Source: a virus. From it: a stretch of DNA of 64,000 bases. This document shows positions 28,968-38,226 of the stretch, in pieces. The translations under genes and the position numbers were made by a program. Position 1 is the first letter of the stretch, and each line of letters opens with the position of its first letter. The stretch spans positions 32,001-96,000 of the IMG/VR virus record IMGVR_UViG_3300042691_023183; one strand, given 5' to 3'. The notes beneath the pieces are model-generated. The model was given only the letters and a program-made list of their open reading frames with translations. It had not been told where the DNA came from and made no database searches.

Positions 28968-30281
28968 TTATTTGAGGTTTGGTTTTGGACTGTTTGGCAT
29001 CTTCAATTGTGGAATCATGATTTTCTGTTCAACCGCAAATTCTGGAATATACTTGTCCAAAATAGCGTGTAACTTTTGATCCATTGCTTGAGTTGAAAAT
29101 AGTTGAGCATTACGTTCGGCTAAAGCAATAGCATTATCCTTGGTCTTTTGATTCATGCTGAAATAATACTGTTTCAACCGTTCTTCTGCCAGACTGTATG
29201 ACACAGTAAACCACGCAGATTCCTTGATTAACCATTGGTTAGCTGATGCCGGATTGATTACATCCACCTTTCCTGGCAACAAACACTCTCTATTAGAATC
29301 CAAGAAATCCAAGTGACCACTCCAATCTGATGCAAGTATGGGTTTTCCGCTAAGAGATGCTAACAACAATGGATGACCAAAACCCTCACCGTGTGTGAAA
29401 CTAACGTGACACTTCACCTTTTCATGGTTGAAAAGAGCGTTCATTTCCACATCATTTAGTTCACCGTGAATCAAATACACGTTTGGTTTATCACCATCAA
29501 CCTGTGATTCTGCGATTTTGATTTTCTTCAAGATAGCATCTTTATCGACCTTTGAATAGTTTGTACCGCTGGTCTTTAGAATCAAACATGGCTTTTGAGG
29601 ACGGTTCTTAAATGTGTTCAAGAATGTCTTAATTAAGTTGCCAATGTCTTTACGATCATGAAATGGATTATCATGTGTCCATTGACCAACGAACAAAAAC
29701 GCAAAGTTTTCAGGAATCTGACTCATTACCGTTTCGACAGAATCAACCTTTTGATCGGTGATCTTGTAGATATCGGTATTGGCACCCCAGAAACACACTT
29801 CGATTGGTTTGGTATTACGTAGTTGTTCTTTACGTCCACTACCATCCTTATATTCCTTGGTATAGTCTGCATCGTCAAAGACCTTCTTGGAATGACGTGA
29901 TGTGACAATATTCATGTCCATCTTGTTCAATCCTTCGATCCACTCTCCAGCTGCAGCGGTGGTTTCAATACCAGCGGTCATTCCAATGTTGTACTTGCCA
30001 ATTGGTTTGAACTCATTGGGTATTGAGATCTGAATAAACAAGTCTGGTTGTCTATTCAAAGGTTCTTTCAACATCTTATCGAACAATGCAAGATTGAGTG
30101 GATCATTTGAATCCAATTCATCCTGAAAACGTTTGATGGGATTTCCACCCCACTTTGTTGTTGCGATGCGAAGATCGAATTTATTGTAACGAAGAATGCT
30201 TTTAGCAACTTCTCTTGCCCAATCTCCATAGCCACTGCGACTAAAGACTGGACCTTGTATAACACATAATGGTTTGCTCAT
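28968..30281 (-). CDS. GT4-like glycosyltransferase
   Basis: SRSGYG, AGIET, FLFVGQW, RKD, HGEGFGHPLL, WSGHLDFL. Confidence 0.88.
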   Translation of the reverse strand: MSKPLCVIQGPVFSRSGYGDWAREVAKSILRYNKFDLRIATTKWGGNPIKRFQDELDSNDPLNLALFDKMLKEPLNRQPDLFIQISIPNEFKPIGKYNIGMTAGIETTAAAGEWIEGLNKMDMNIVTSRHSKKVFDDADYTKEYKDGSGRKEQLRNTKPIEVCFWGANTDIYKITDQKVDSVETVMSQIPENFAFLFVGQWTHDNPFHDRKDIGNLIKTFLNTFKNRPQKPCLILKTSGTNYSKVDKDAILKKIKIAESQVDGDKPNVYLIHGELNDVEMNALFNHEKVKCHVSFTHGEGFGHPLLLASLSGKPILASDWSGHLDFLDSNRECLLPGKVDVINPASANQWLIKESAWFTVSYSLAEERLKQYYFSMNQKTKDNAIALAERNAQLFSTQAMDQKLHAILDKYIPEFAVEQKIMIPQLKMPNSPKPNLK

Positions 30282-30282
30282 A

Positions 30283-30972
30283 TTAATTTCCAAAAAGTTT
30301 GTTGTCTCTTTCCTTGATCATGTCAGAATACTTTTGCGCATTAGATGCAAAGTACCCTTCCTTTTGTTTCATTAAATCTTCAATAGTTTTTCCGGACTTT
30401 GGTTGTGTTGCGGGTGGTGTGTTTGTATCTGTACTTCCAAATCCACCTTCACCACGATTTGTAGCATCTAATTCGTCAACAAGAACAAATTCGATGTTTT
30501 CAACTCTGGTAACTTTAAGTTGACAGATTTTATCACCCATATTGTAAATCTTAGTTTCGTTGACGTTGCCCACAATTTGTTGGGAAATAATACTATAATC
30601 CTCTGGTTGAAATATATACTTAAATCGAAGTAGAACTTCACCACGATAATCTGCATCAACCAATCCAATACAGTTAGCTAGGATTAAATTGTATTTACTG
30701 ACACTGCTACGAGGAAATGCAAGTACATCATGATCGATATCTGTATAACCAAAATTACTATATACACGATCTTTTTGAACTGCAAGTTTTAGATTAGTGC
30801 GATATTGAATATAGTCAATACGTTTATATCCTCCAATTTCATAATTTTTTTCACCAACAATTTCAGGTCCACTCGTTGCGATGATATCATAACCTGTTGC
30901 TCTATCAGTTCCTTTCTTAGGCAGGTTATCCACTGTTTGATATGTTTCATTTTTTAATATTTGAATTTTCAT
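30283..30972 (-). CDS. dut: Trimeric dUTPase
   Basis: ATGYD, PRSS, GLVDADYRGE, ICQL, RGEGGFGST motifs. Confidence 0.93.
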   Translation of the reverse strand: MKIQILKNETYQTVDNLPKKGTDRATGYDIIATSGPEIVGEKNYEIGGYKRIDYIQYRTNLKLAVQKDRVYSNFGYTDIDHDVLAFPRSSVSKYNLILANCIGLVDADYRGEVLLRFKYIFQPEDYSIISQQIVGNVNETKIYNMGDKICQLKVTRVENIEFVLVDELDATNRGEGGFGSTDTNTPPATQPKSGKTIEDLMKQKEGYFASNAQKYSDMIKERDNKLFGN

Positions 30973-31940
30973 ACAATTTCCTTTTGAACTTTTTCAATAT
31001 CAACTTTACCGAAATCTACTCCCATACAATTATCTGGTTGTATCTGTCCAACTTGTTCTTTGGTGGTGTGCAGAGTGAACTTTTCACTTGGTGTGAAATT
31101 TGCCAACGTGTAATCCATGGCTTTGATAAACTGGTTACACATATTTACGGCGTTCAATCCACCTTCGTTTAGTGCCCATCTACGTCCTTCTTCACCACGA
31201 CGAGTACGTTCTTCGTTTGGAATTAGGTACCAATACATCATGGCTTCTGCCAAATCACGGGGGTCAACCATATCATCAAAAATGTATGGAGTTTGATTAC
31301 TACCATGCATATCGTGAACCCTTGGCCACACTGGCTTTGCCCACACACCGTGTTTCTTATACTTTCCAACGTTATTGGTTCCAAACTCTTTGGTGAATTC
31401 AACAGGGTTACCATTGTCATCCACTTGTCCAATTTGATCTTGTAGACCACCGGTAACACTCACAATAACAGGAGTACCTGACATAATGGACTCGTTGACG
31501 CTCAATCCGAATCCTTCGTTACTGGAAGCGTTAATTGTTACATCTGCCAAGTTATACATCAAGTTCATTTCTCCCGGTGTGATTTTACGTTGAGAGAAGT
31601 ATACGACATAATCACGACAAATGGCTTCCTTGACTGCGGGAAGATCAGTACCGTGACCGTTTTGACCAACGACTTCAGTATGTAGAATCAAACACACCTT
31701 CTTTGCGTCTTCTTTAGAAAGACTATCACAGAAAATTCGGTATGCGAGAATTACATTTGAAACCTGTTTACGTTTGACGTTACGACTATTGAAAAAGATT
31801 GTATAATCGTATTCGTTACCGTTAAAGAATCTCTTCTTTCCTTCAATTAGGTTTTTATCGGACGTATCTACTGGTCGAAATACCTCACTATTAATTCCGT
31901 GGGGTACATAATGTAAAAGTGTTTTTCCTTTGATTGGCAT
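30969..31940 (-). CDS. GT4 glycosyltransferase, C-terminal half
   Basis: VPHGIN, NSRNVKRK, SNEGFGLS..E, TGGLQDQ. Confidence 0.85.
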   Translation of the reverse strand: MPIKGKTLLHYVPHGINSEVFRPVDTSDKNLIEGKKRFFNGNEYDYTIFFNSRNVKRKQVSNVILAYRIFCDSLSKEDAKKVCLILHTEVVGQNGHGTDLPAVKEAICRDYVVYFSQRKITPGEMNLMYNLADVTINASSNEGFGLSVNESIMSGTPVIVSVTGGLQDQIGQVDDNGNPVEFTKEFGTNNVGKYKKHGVWAKPVWPRVHDMHGSNQTPYIFDDMVDPRDLAEAMMYWYLIPNEERTRRGEEGRRWALNEGGLNAVNMCNQFIKAMDYTLANFTPSEKFTLHTTKEQVGQIQPDNCMGVDFGKVDIEKVQKEIV

Positions 31941-31943
31941 ATA

Positions 31944-32495
31944 TTAAACGTTCTCCTTGATAATGTTACCGTCTTTGTCAAAATCACCGTCTAAAGTGGT
32001 ACAGTTTTCAGGTCCAAGTACCCACTTATTGATGTTATAAGTTTGTTTGCTGATACTAAACAACGCATCACAGCTTTCGTAGAATGGACGATTCCACATA
32101 GGATATGGTAGATCATCCCAAATATTAAGATATGTGATGGGAATCTTCTTACGAAGTTCACGTTCAATCGCGTATAACCATCCCCAATAACGAGGATCTG
32201 TAAAATGCATAATTGCGTGAGGATTTTCTCTTGCAATAACTGTATACAATATATCTTCGTTACCATATCCTGCGGTGGGATATAATGTAACATACGCATC
32301 TTGTACGTTTGTATTTTTCTTAATTTCATCACTAAGATTTATAATCTTTCCTTGATCGGGATGGTTAATCGCTCCTGCGATTTGAACCCAATCATAATGA
32401 TGAACTGTACCAATGACCAATTCACGACTCATAGTAGATACACCACTATGCATACGCAAATCATCACTCAATAAAAGAATTTTCTTTTTTGCCAT
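31944..32495 (-). CDS. GT4 glycosyltransferase, N-terminal half
   Basis: KKILLLSDDLRMHSGV, FTDPRYW, YLNIWDDLPYP, ISKQT. Confidence 0.85.
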   Translation of the reverse strand: MAKKKILLLSDDLRMHSGVSTMSRELVIGTVHHYDWVQIAGAINHPDQGKIINLSDEIKKNTNVQDAYVTLYPTAGYGNEDILYTVIARENPHAIMHFTDPRYWGWLYAIERELRKKIPITYLNIWDDLPYPMWNRPFYESCDALFSISKQTYNINKWVLGPENCTTLDGDFDKDGNIIKENV

Positions 32496-32501
32496 AACTT
32501 A

Positions 32502-32732
32502 TTATACTGTTTCTGATTGTGTTACACTTGATAGTTTTATTTTTTGACTTTCGGTTGACAATACTGGAATATGATAATTCAATACTGTGTCTCTAAAGTT
32601 TGTATCAGTTAAAAACAAATGCATAGACCTATTGACTAGATCTTGCAAATGAAACTTGATATTGGAGGTGTTTTGTTTAAATTGATCGTACACCTCCGGT
32701 TCGATCTTGACGCTGGTTAGAACTTTTGCCAT
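32502..32732 (-). CDS. Small ribbon-helix-helix-like protein
   Basis: LTSVKI beta strand followed by two helices (YDQFK; LQDLVNRSMHLF). Confidence 0.6.
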   Translation of the reverse strand: MAKVLTSVKIEPEVYDQFKQNTSNIKFHLQDLVNRSMHLFLTDTNFRDTVLNYHIPVLSTESQKIKLSSVTQSETV

Positions 32733-32775
32733 AACTTTGTATATACGTATATATACGCAATACAAATGGTTATTT

Positions 32776-33693
32776 TTAATTGTCGTCTTTATCGTCTTTG
32801 GTTTCTTTTCCGTCACAGTTTGTCTTGTAGTGTGTACAATACTTACAGTTCTTTTTAGCTTTACCCGGAACTTTTGGATAATAACCATCTTCCTTATAAG
32901 TTCCTTCCGGTGTAAAACATTCATCAATAAAGGATGTAAACGTCACCAACGACTTTGAAACATAGTTCTTAGCATTAGCCGGTTCAAAGATTTGAATTCG
33001 ATTTTGTGGAAACGCAACATTCTCATACAACTTACGCTTTAGAATAAAAAACTCGACATCAATGGAATCCAAAGGAACATTGAACTGTTTGGAGTAAAAC
33101 GCCTTGTACAACAATAACTGTGAATACTTACTTTCATCAGCAACCTGATACTTGTTCCACCCCATCGAACTTGTTTTGAAGTCCCAAATCTTGTATTTAC
33201 CAGAAGTCTTATCACGTAGAATCAAGTCAACATACGCAATAAACCGAACGTTATTCTTGATCGGTACATCCAATGGAACTTCAACTCCAATGAATTCATA
33301 CTTCCGACTCGGAAAATACTTGATACGGTTGGCGGAACTACTAAAGGTCTTTAGAATATCTTCACCATCAAACATGAATTCGGTAACGTCATCATCCGTA
33401 TATGGTTCCTTCATGTTATCTTTTTCTTCGGAAAGAATACGGGTAAATTCCTCACGGAACTTTTTAACCAAATCTATTTCGTCTGCCACTTCTGCACCAT
33501 CGGTGTACAATGACTTAATATAATCTTGAAGTGTATTATGAATAGCGGTACCAAAACAAGTGTTTAGACTCGACTCATATACACGCAAACCTTTCAAATA
33601 ATTAAGATACCAACTATGAGGACACTTGAACCATCCTGAATATTGTGAAAAGCTGACCGTCTTTTTGTTTTTTTCTTCTATAATTTCAGACAT
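32776..33693 (-). CDS. PD-(D/E)xK Cas4/RecB-like exonuclease
   Basis: SFSQ...CP, FGTAIH, E, YVDL, WDFKTS, QLLLY, C-terminal CKYC...C (Fe-S). Confidence 0.88.
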   Translation of the reverse strand: MSEIIEEKNKKTVSFSQYSGWFKCPHSWYLNYLKGLRVYESSLNTCFGTAIHNTLQDYIKSLYTDGAEVADEIDLVKKFREEFTRILSEEKDNMKEPYTDDDVTEFMFDGEDILKTFSSSANRIKYFPSRKYEFIGVEVPLDVPIKNNVRFIAYVDLILRDKTSGKYKIWDFKTSSMGWNKYQVADESKYSQLLLYKAFYSKQFNVPLDSIDVEFFILKRKLYENVAFPQNRIQIFEPANAKNYVSKSLVTFTSFIDECFTPEGTYKEDGYYPKVPGKAKKNCKYCTHYKTNCDGKETKDDKDDN

Positions 33694-33744
33694 ACTTATA
33701 TACAGTATCATGTACGAACTTGAAAGTCTACATCTTCTAATTCT

Positions 33745-34500
33745 ATGCGAAATATAATATTTACCCTACTGTTTACTTTAACCACTTACGCCAACGGTGT
33801 CTTTTATGTCCAAAAATCAAGTGGAGAAACCGTTTTGGAAAATGTGGCAAATAATGTTTTGTCCACTAATTCTCCGGTTGTGGGTCAAACATACACCGCC
33901 AACGGACAAAATTATGCTTTCAAAACTTCAACCAACTCGGAAGTAACTGTGGCATTTTCCAACGACGTGTTTGTTAAAGTCAAAGAATCGGCCCATGTAA
34001 CCCTTGATAATTTTGATCAAACCTTCATCAATATCTCTTCTCTACCAGAAAAAGCTAAGTACGAGACATACTCAAAATCGTTATCGTTAATCGAAGGTGA
34101 ACTTGATGTCTACTCAGATCAAGGTGGCAATTCCGAATCAATCTCTACCATCAACACCAAACTTGCATCGATTATACTGTCCAAGGGCAAATTCGTCGTA
34201 CAAGCCGATGATCGTACCACCGTGATTATTGTTCTTGAAGGGTCCGCTGTTATTTTGGATAATTCATCCAAGAGAAAAGAAAGCGTTAAAGCCAACCAAA
34301 CCGTGGTGATTGTACCCGCTCCAAAGTTTCAAGGACGTGGAGTGGATACCATGCGTCGTGGCAATATTTTCTCAATTAAAGAAACTGTGAATGGTGACTC
34401 TGAGTCCTATCTATTGGGAGTTAATGCCGTAGTTGAAGATTCCAAGAACGTTCGATTTTGTATAATCGACAAAAACGTTCGTGGTGTTAAAATTAATTGA
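33745..34500 (+). CDS. Secreted FecR-domain protein
   Basis: Signal peptide; KT...S...AFSN...V...A.V, L.EG.L, INT.LA, G.FVV, T.I.VLEGS pattern. Confidence 0.7.
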   Translation: MRNIIFTLLFTLTTYANGVFYVQKSSGETVLENVANNVLSTNSPVVGQTYTANGQNYAFKTSTNSEVTVAFSNDVFVKVKESAHVTLDNFDQTFINISSLPEKAKYETYSKSLSLIEGELDVYSDQGGNSESISTINTKLASIILSKGKFVVQADDRTTVIIVLEGSAVILDNSSKRKESVKANQTVVIVPAPKFQGRGVDTMRRGNIFSIKETVNGDSESYLLGVNAVVEDSKNVRFCIIDKNVRGVKIN

Positions 34501-34525
34501 CTTTTTGACCACCATAGAATAAGGT
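34497..34525 (+). promoter_or_regulatory. Sigma70-like promoter for the polymerase operon
   Basis: TTGACT-17nt-TAAGGT. Confidence 0.55.
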
Positions 34526-34531
34526 TATAAG

Positions 34532-34765
34532 ATGACATTAGAAGAATTGCAGTCCCTTAACGAGGATGAAACTGCCATGTTATGGTACATGGTAAATAAA
34601 ATTGGAAGACCTGCCATCTATGGTATAGAATTGGAACCATCAGTATTTCCATCAATTAGTCGTTTTTGGTTGGCAGAAAAGATTTTGGCATCTAAAGATT
34701 CTGTTAAACCGGAACACCTTCCTATCTATGAGAGTCTGACATCCAAGTTGGGTTATATCAAATAA
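34532..34765 (+). CDS. Hypothetical protein
   Basis: 77-aa ORF directly upstream of the polymerase. Confidence 0.65.
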   Translation: MTLEELQSLNEDETAMLWYMVNKIGRPAIYGIELEPSVFPSISRFWLAEKILASKDSVKPEHLPIYESLTSKLGYIK

Positions 34766-34768
34766 GTT

Positions 34769-37315
34769 ATGTATCAAAATATTTATATCGACAAGAAGAC
34801 TGAAACCGTACACCTTTGGGATGACCAAAAGGGATATGTTACGTTCCCGATGCCTAAGTATGCGTACCGTAAGAAGACGGGTGGACGTTATCGTTCTGTT
34901 TATGGCGACGAGCTAGAAAAGGTCACCAATTTTAATCGTAATGATCCTTCAATCTTTGAAGGTGATGTTCCTCCCGAAACACGGGTATTGATTGACGCTT
35001 ACGAAGATAGTGATGAACCTTCCAAAGGACATCGTGTGGTGTTTTTCGACATTGAGGTCAGTTCTGAAGGTGGATTTCCTGTTATTGAAGAAGGTGACAA
35101 GGAACTGACGGCTATTGCTTTGTATGACGGTGCTGCATCCAAGTATACAGCGTTCATCTTGGATAAAGATGGAAAACTTAAAGACAGTGAAACTTCCGAT
35201 ACGATTATTCAAAGTTTTGATAATGAGGAATCGTTGATCAGTCACTTTATGAATAAGTGGGAGGAAATTCAACCCACAATTATCACCGGTTGGAACATCG
35301 ACGGGTTTGACGTTCCTTATCTGTATAATCGAATCAAACGGGTGATGGGTACAAACTTCGCTAAGAGGTTGAGTCCTATCCGTGAATGTTACTACAACAA
35401 TTTCTCTAAACGAATGGTTGTTGCTGGTATTTCGTGTATGGACTATATCGAACTATACAAGAAGTTCAGTGGCAAAAACGAACCAAGTTATACACTCGGT
35501 GCGATTGGTAAGAAAGTGGTCAATATTGACAAGATCACTTATACCGGAAGTCTTAATGATTTGTACCGGGATGACATTCAAAAGTACATTGAGTACAACC
35601 TGAATGACGTTAAGATCGTGGTTGCTCTTGATAAGAAACTACAATTCATCGATCTTGCACGTCGTATTTGTCATACTGGACATGTTGGTTATGAACAGTT
35701 TGGAACTTCATCACGTTATCTTGAAGGTGCTATATTGATGTATCTACGTCGTCAAGGTCGTGTTGCTCCTAATAAACCATTGGAAGGACGTGAAGAATAT
35801 GAACAACGAATGGAAGACGGTGAAGAAGGATTTGAAGGAGCTTATGTTAAACCTCCTGTTCCGGGTCGTTATGATTGGGTGTTTGATTTGGATCTCACAT
35901 CAATGTATCCGAATATCATCATCAGTCTTAACATCAGTCCTGAGACCAAGATAGCTAAGGTCGAAAACTGGAACGCTGAAGATTTTGTTCGTGGTAAATT
36001 GACCGAGGTAATTCTCAGTGGTCAAAAGTATTCTGCTCAGGATTTCAGTGAAATGTTGATTCAGAATAACCTCAGCGTTGCTAGTAACGGAGCAGTGTAT
36101 AAACTTCCAAAGGGAGAAGGTGAAGAGGGTACTATTCCAAGTATTCTTATCAAGTGGTTCAATGAACGTAAAGAAATGCGTAAGTTGGCCAAGAAACACG
36201 CTGATGCTAAAGAATGGGAAATGTATGAGTTCTACGATCAACGTCAGAAGGTTCAAAAGATCTTGTTAAACTCCATTTATGGGTGTTTGGGTCTTCCCGT
36301 GTTTCGTTTTTATGATAAGGACAACGCTGAGGCAGTTACCTTGAGTGGTGTCAGCATCATTAAGACTGCGAATATGGCAATCAACCAGTATTACAAGAAT
36401 GTCTTGGGTGAAGAGGCTAAGGGTAACGATTATGTTATCTACGTTGATACCGATTCTTGTTTTGCCAGTGCGTTGCCTATTATCAAGAAAACGATGCCGG
36501 ATATTGATATGGAAGATGAAAAACAAATGACGGAGGCGATTCTCAAGGTAACTGGAGAAGCTCAGACTTATGTCAACAAGATGTTTGACATTATGTCACT
36601 TCGTTTGTTTAACGTGAAGAAACATAGGTTTGACGCAAAACAAGAGGTGATTGCCAAGTCATCGTTTTGGTTGGCGAAGAAACGGTATTGTCAGTTCATT
36701 ATTAACAAGGGTGGAGTTGAGTGTGACGAATTGGAAGTTAAGGGTATTGACGTTGTTAGAACGTCGTTTCCTGCCAAGTTTCGTACCTTTATGAAACAGT
36801 TCTTGATTGATCTTTTGAAGAAGGTTGATCAGGAGACCATTAACAACAACATTCTACAGTTCAAAGAGGACATGAAGGACTTTGGTGTTATTGAACTGGC
36901 GAAGAATACCAGTGTAAAGTTTAAGAGTGATGCGACAAAAAAGGTGGATTACAATCCTAAGAGTCGTCAACCTTTTCAAATCATTTCAGGTACTCCTGCT
37001 CAGGTTAAGGCAGCATTGTATTATAACGATCTATTGGCACAGTTTAATTTGACCAAGATTATTCCTCCGATATTTCATGGTCAGAAGATTAAGTGGGTAT
37101 ATCTAAAACAGAATGAGTATGGTATTGAGTGTCTTGCTATGAAGGCGGACGGTACTGATCCTCAACCGATTATGGATATTATCACAAAGTATATGGATCG
37201 TGATACCATGTATGAACAAGAGTTGAAGAGTAAACTTGTTGATTTTTACGAGGTGTTAAATTGGGAGTACCCAAATTCAAATTGGAAAGCTGCATCTGCA
37301 TTTTTTGAGTTTTGA
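34769..37315 (+). CDS. Family B DNA polymerase (T4 gp43-like)
   Basis: Exonuclease DIE, GWNIDGFD, YNLND; polymerase DLTSMYP, KILLNSIYG, YVDTDS, KKRY, KGID. Confidence 0.97.
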   Translation: MYQNIYIDKKTETVHLWDDQKGYVTFPMPKYAYRKKTGGRYRSVYGDELEKVTNFNRNDPSIFEGDVPPETRVLIDAYEDSDEPSKGHRVVFFDIEVSSEGGFPVIEEGDKELTAIALYDGAASKYTAFILDKDGKLKDSETSDTIIQSFDNEESLISHFMNKWEEIQPTIITGWNIDGFDVPYLYNRIKRVMGTNFAKRLSPIRECYYNNFSKRMVVAGISCMDYIELYKKFSGKNEPSYTLGAIGKKVVNIDKITYTGSLNDLYRDDIQKYIEYNLNDVKIVVALDKKLQFIDLARRICHTGHVGYEQFGTSSRYLEGAILMYLRRQGRVAPNKPLEGREEYEQRMEDGEEGFEGAYVKPPVPGRYDWVFDLDLTSMYPNIIISLNISPETKIAKVENWNAEDFVRGKLTEVILSGQKYSAQDFSEMLIQNNLSVASNGAVYKLPKGEGEEGTIPSILIKWFNERKEMRKLAKKHADAKEWEMYEFYDQRQKVQKILLNSIYGCLGLPVFRFYDKDNAEAVTLSGVSIIKTANMAINQYYKNVLGEEAKGNDYVIYVDTDSCFASALPIIKKTMPDIDMEDEKQMTEAILKVTGEAQTYVNKMFDIMSLRLFNVKKHRFDAKQEVIAKSSFWLAKKRYCQFIINKGGVECDELEVKGIDVVRTSFPAKFRTFMKQFLIDLLKKVDQETINNNILQFKEDMKDFGVIELAKNTSVKFKSDATKKVDYNPKSRQPFQIISGTPAQVKAALYYNDLLAQFNLTKIIPPIFHGQKIKWVYLKQNEYGIECLAMKADGTDPQPIMDIITKYMDRDTMYEQELKSKLVDFYEVLNWEYPNSNWKAASAFFEF

Positions 37316-37317
37316 TT

Positions 37318-38088
37318 ATGAATATTGCTATTTTGATGTCAGGAAGAACCGAACGGTTTAATTTTGTTTTAGATTTGAATAAAAGCAATTTGATCCAACC
37401 ACTTTTGGATTCGGGTCATAAAGTTGATATGTTTGGATCTTTCTGGGATGAACATGATACAGAATCATGTATTCACGCATTTCAACCCCATTTGAAAGTT
37501 ACTGACATTGAAACGTTTACACCTTTCACTTGTGGTATGATTAATAATTTTAACGAACATGAAGAACGTATTAAGAAGTATCAAAATGATAGTAAACTTT
37601 CAAATACATTGTATTGGCTTTATAAGTTGAATCGTTTATATAAAATTGTTAAACAGTATGAACGTATGAATAGTATAAAATATGACTATTATGTTCGTAT
37701 TCGTCCTGACGTTGGATTGAGATATCCATTTAATGTAGATGATTTAAATCACTTAACGGATGATTCTATTATTACCCACGTTGACCACGTAGTTAATTCG
37801 GGTGGTAAGATATATGGGTGTGGAGAAGGATGGATAGATGACAATTTCTGTATTGCTAAACAACATCCATTTGAGGTCTATTGTAGTGTCTACGATGATA
37901 TACTGTCACTCTGTGATATGTGTCAGAACTGTATATCTCATTTGTTGTTTAAAAAACAATTTGAATTGAAGAATATAAAAACATTGCTTCCTAATTCGCC
38001 ATTAATTATAGTTCATAAAACCCATATGGGTATACAACTGTTTACTTACTTTGAATATGTGTACCCAAATTTTGGTGTTACCCGGTAA
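37318..38088 (+). CDS. Glycan-locus hypothetical protein (GT-like)
   Basis: IAILMSG..R, KYDYYVRIRPD, DDNFCI; pattern typical of polysaccharide-locus proteins. Confidence 0.6.
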   Translation: MNIAILMSGRTERFNFVLDLNKSNLIQPLLDSGHKVDMFGSFWDEHDTESCIHAFQPHLKVTDIETFTPFTCGMINNFNEHEERIKKYQNDSKLSNTLYWLYKLNRLYKIVKQYERMNSIKYDYYVRIRPDVGLRYPFNVDDLNHLTDDSIITHVDHVVNSGGKIYGCGEGWIDDNFCIAKQHPFEVYCSVYDDILSLCDMCQNCISHLLFKKQFELKNIKTLLPNSPLIIVHKTHMGIQLFTYFEYVYPNFGVTR

Positions 38089-38090
38089 GT

Positions 38091-38195
38091 GTGATTGAGT
38101 TAATTATTTTTGATTTGGATAAAGTTTTGGTTGAAACAAATATTGAAAATATGTGGGGTGGGAAAACTAGAAGAGTAAAAAATTATATTAAGTAA
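38091..38195 (+). pseudogene. Internally deleted HAD-family phosphatase remnant (34 codons)
   Basis: GTG start; translates MIELIIFDLDKVLVETNIENMWGGKTRRVKNYIK*, with HAD motif I (IIFDLDGVLV-like) and then an early stop. Confidence 0.65.
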
Positions 38196-38226
38196 AACGA
38201 TTAAATATAAATTAGTTATAATTGTT

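Noticed and set aside
32776-33693. CRISPR-Cas system suggested by the Cas4-like nuclease
   Set aside because: No repeat-spacer array or other cas genes were seen; solo Cas4/RecB-like nucleases are usual in phages.
34769-37315. Inteins or introns in the polymerase, RNR or helicase
   Set aside because: Protein lengths are normal and motifs are contiguous, with no splicing or homing-endonuclease insertions visible.
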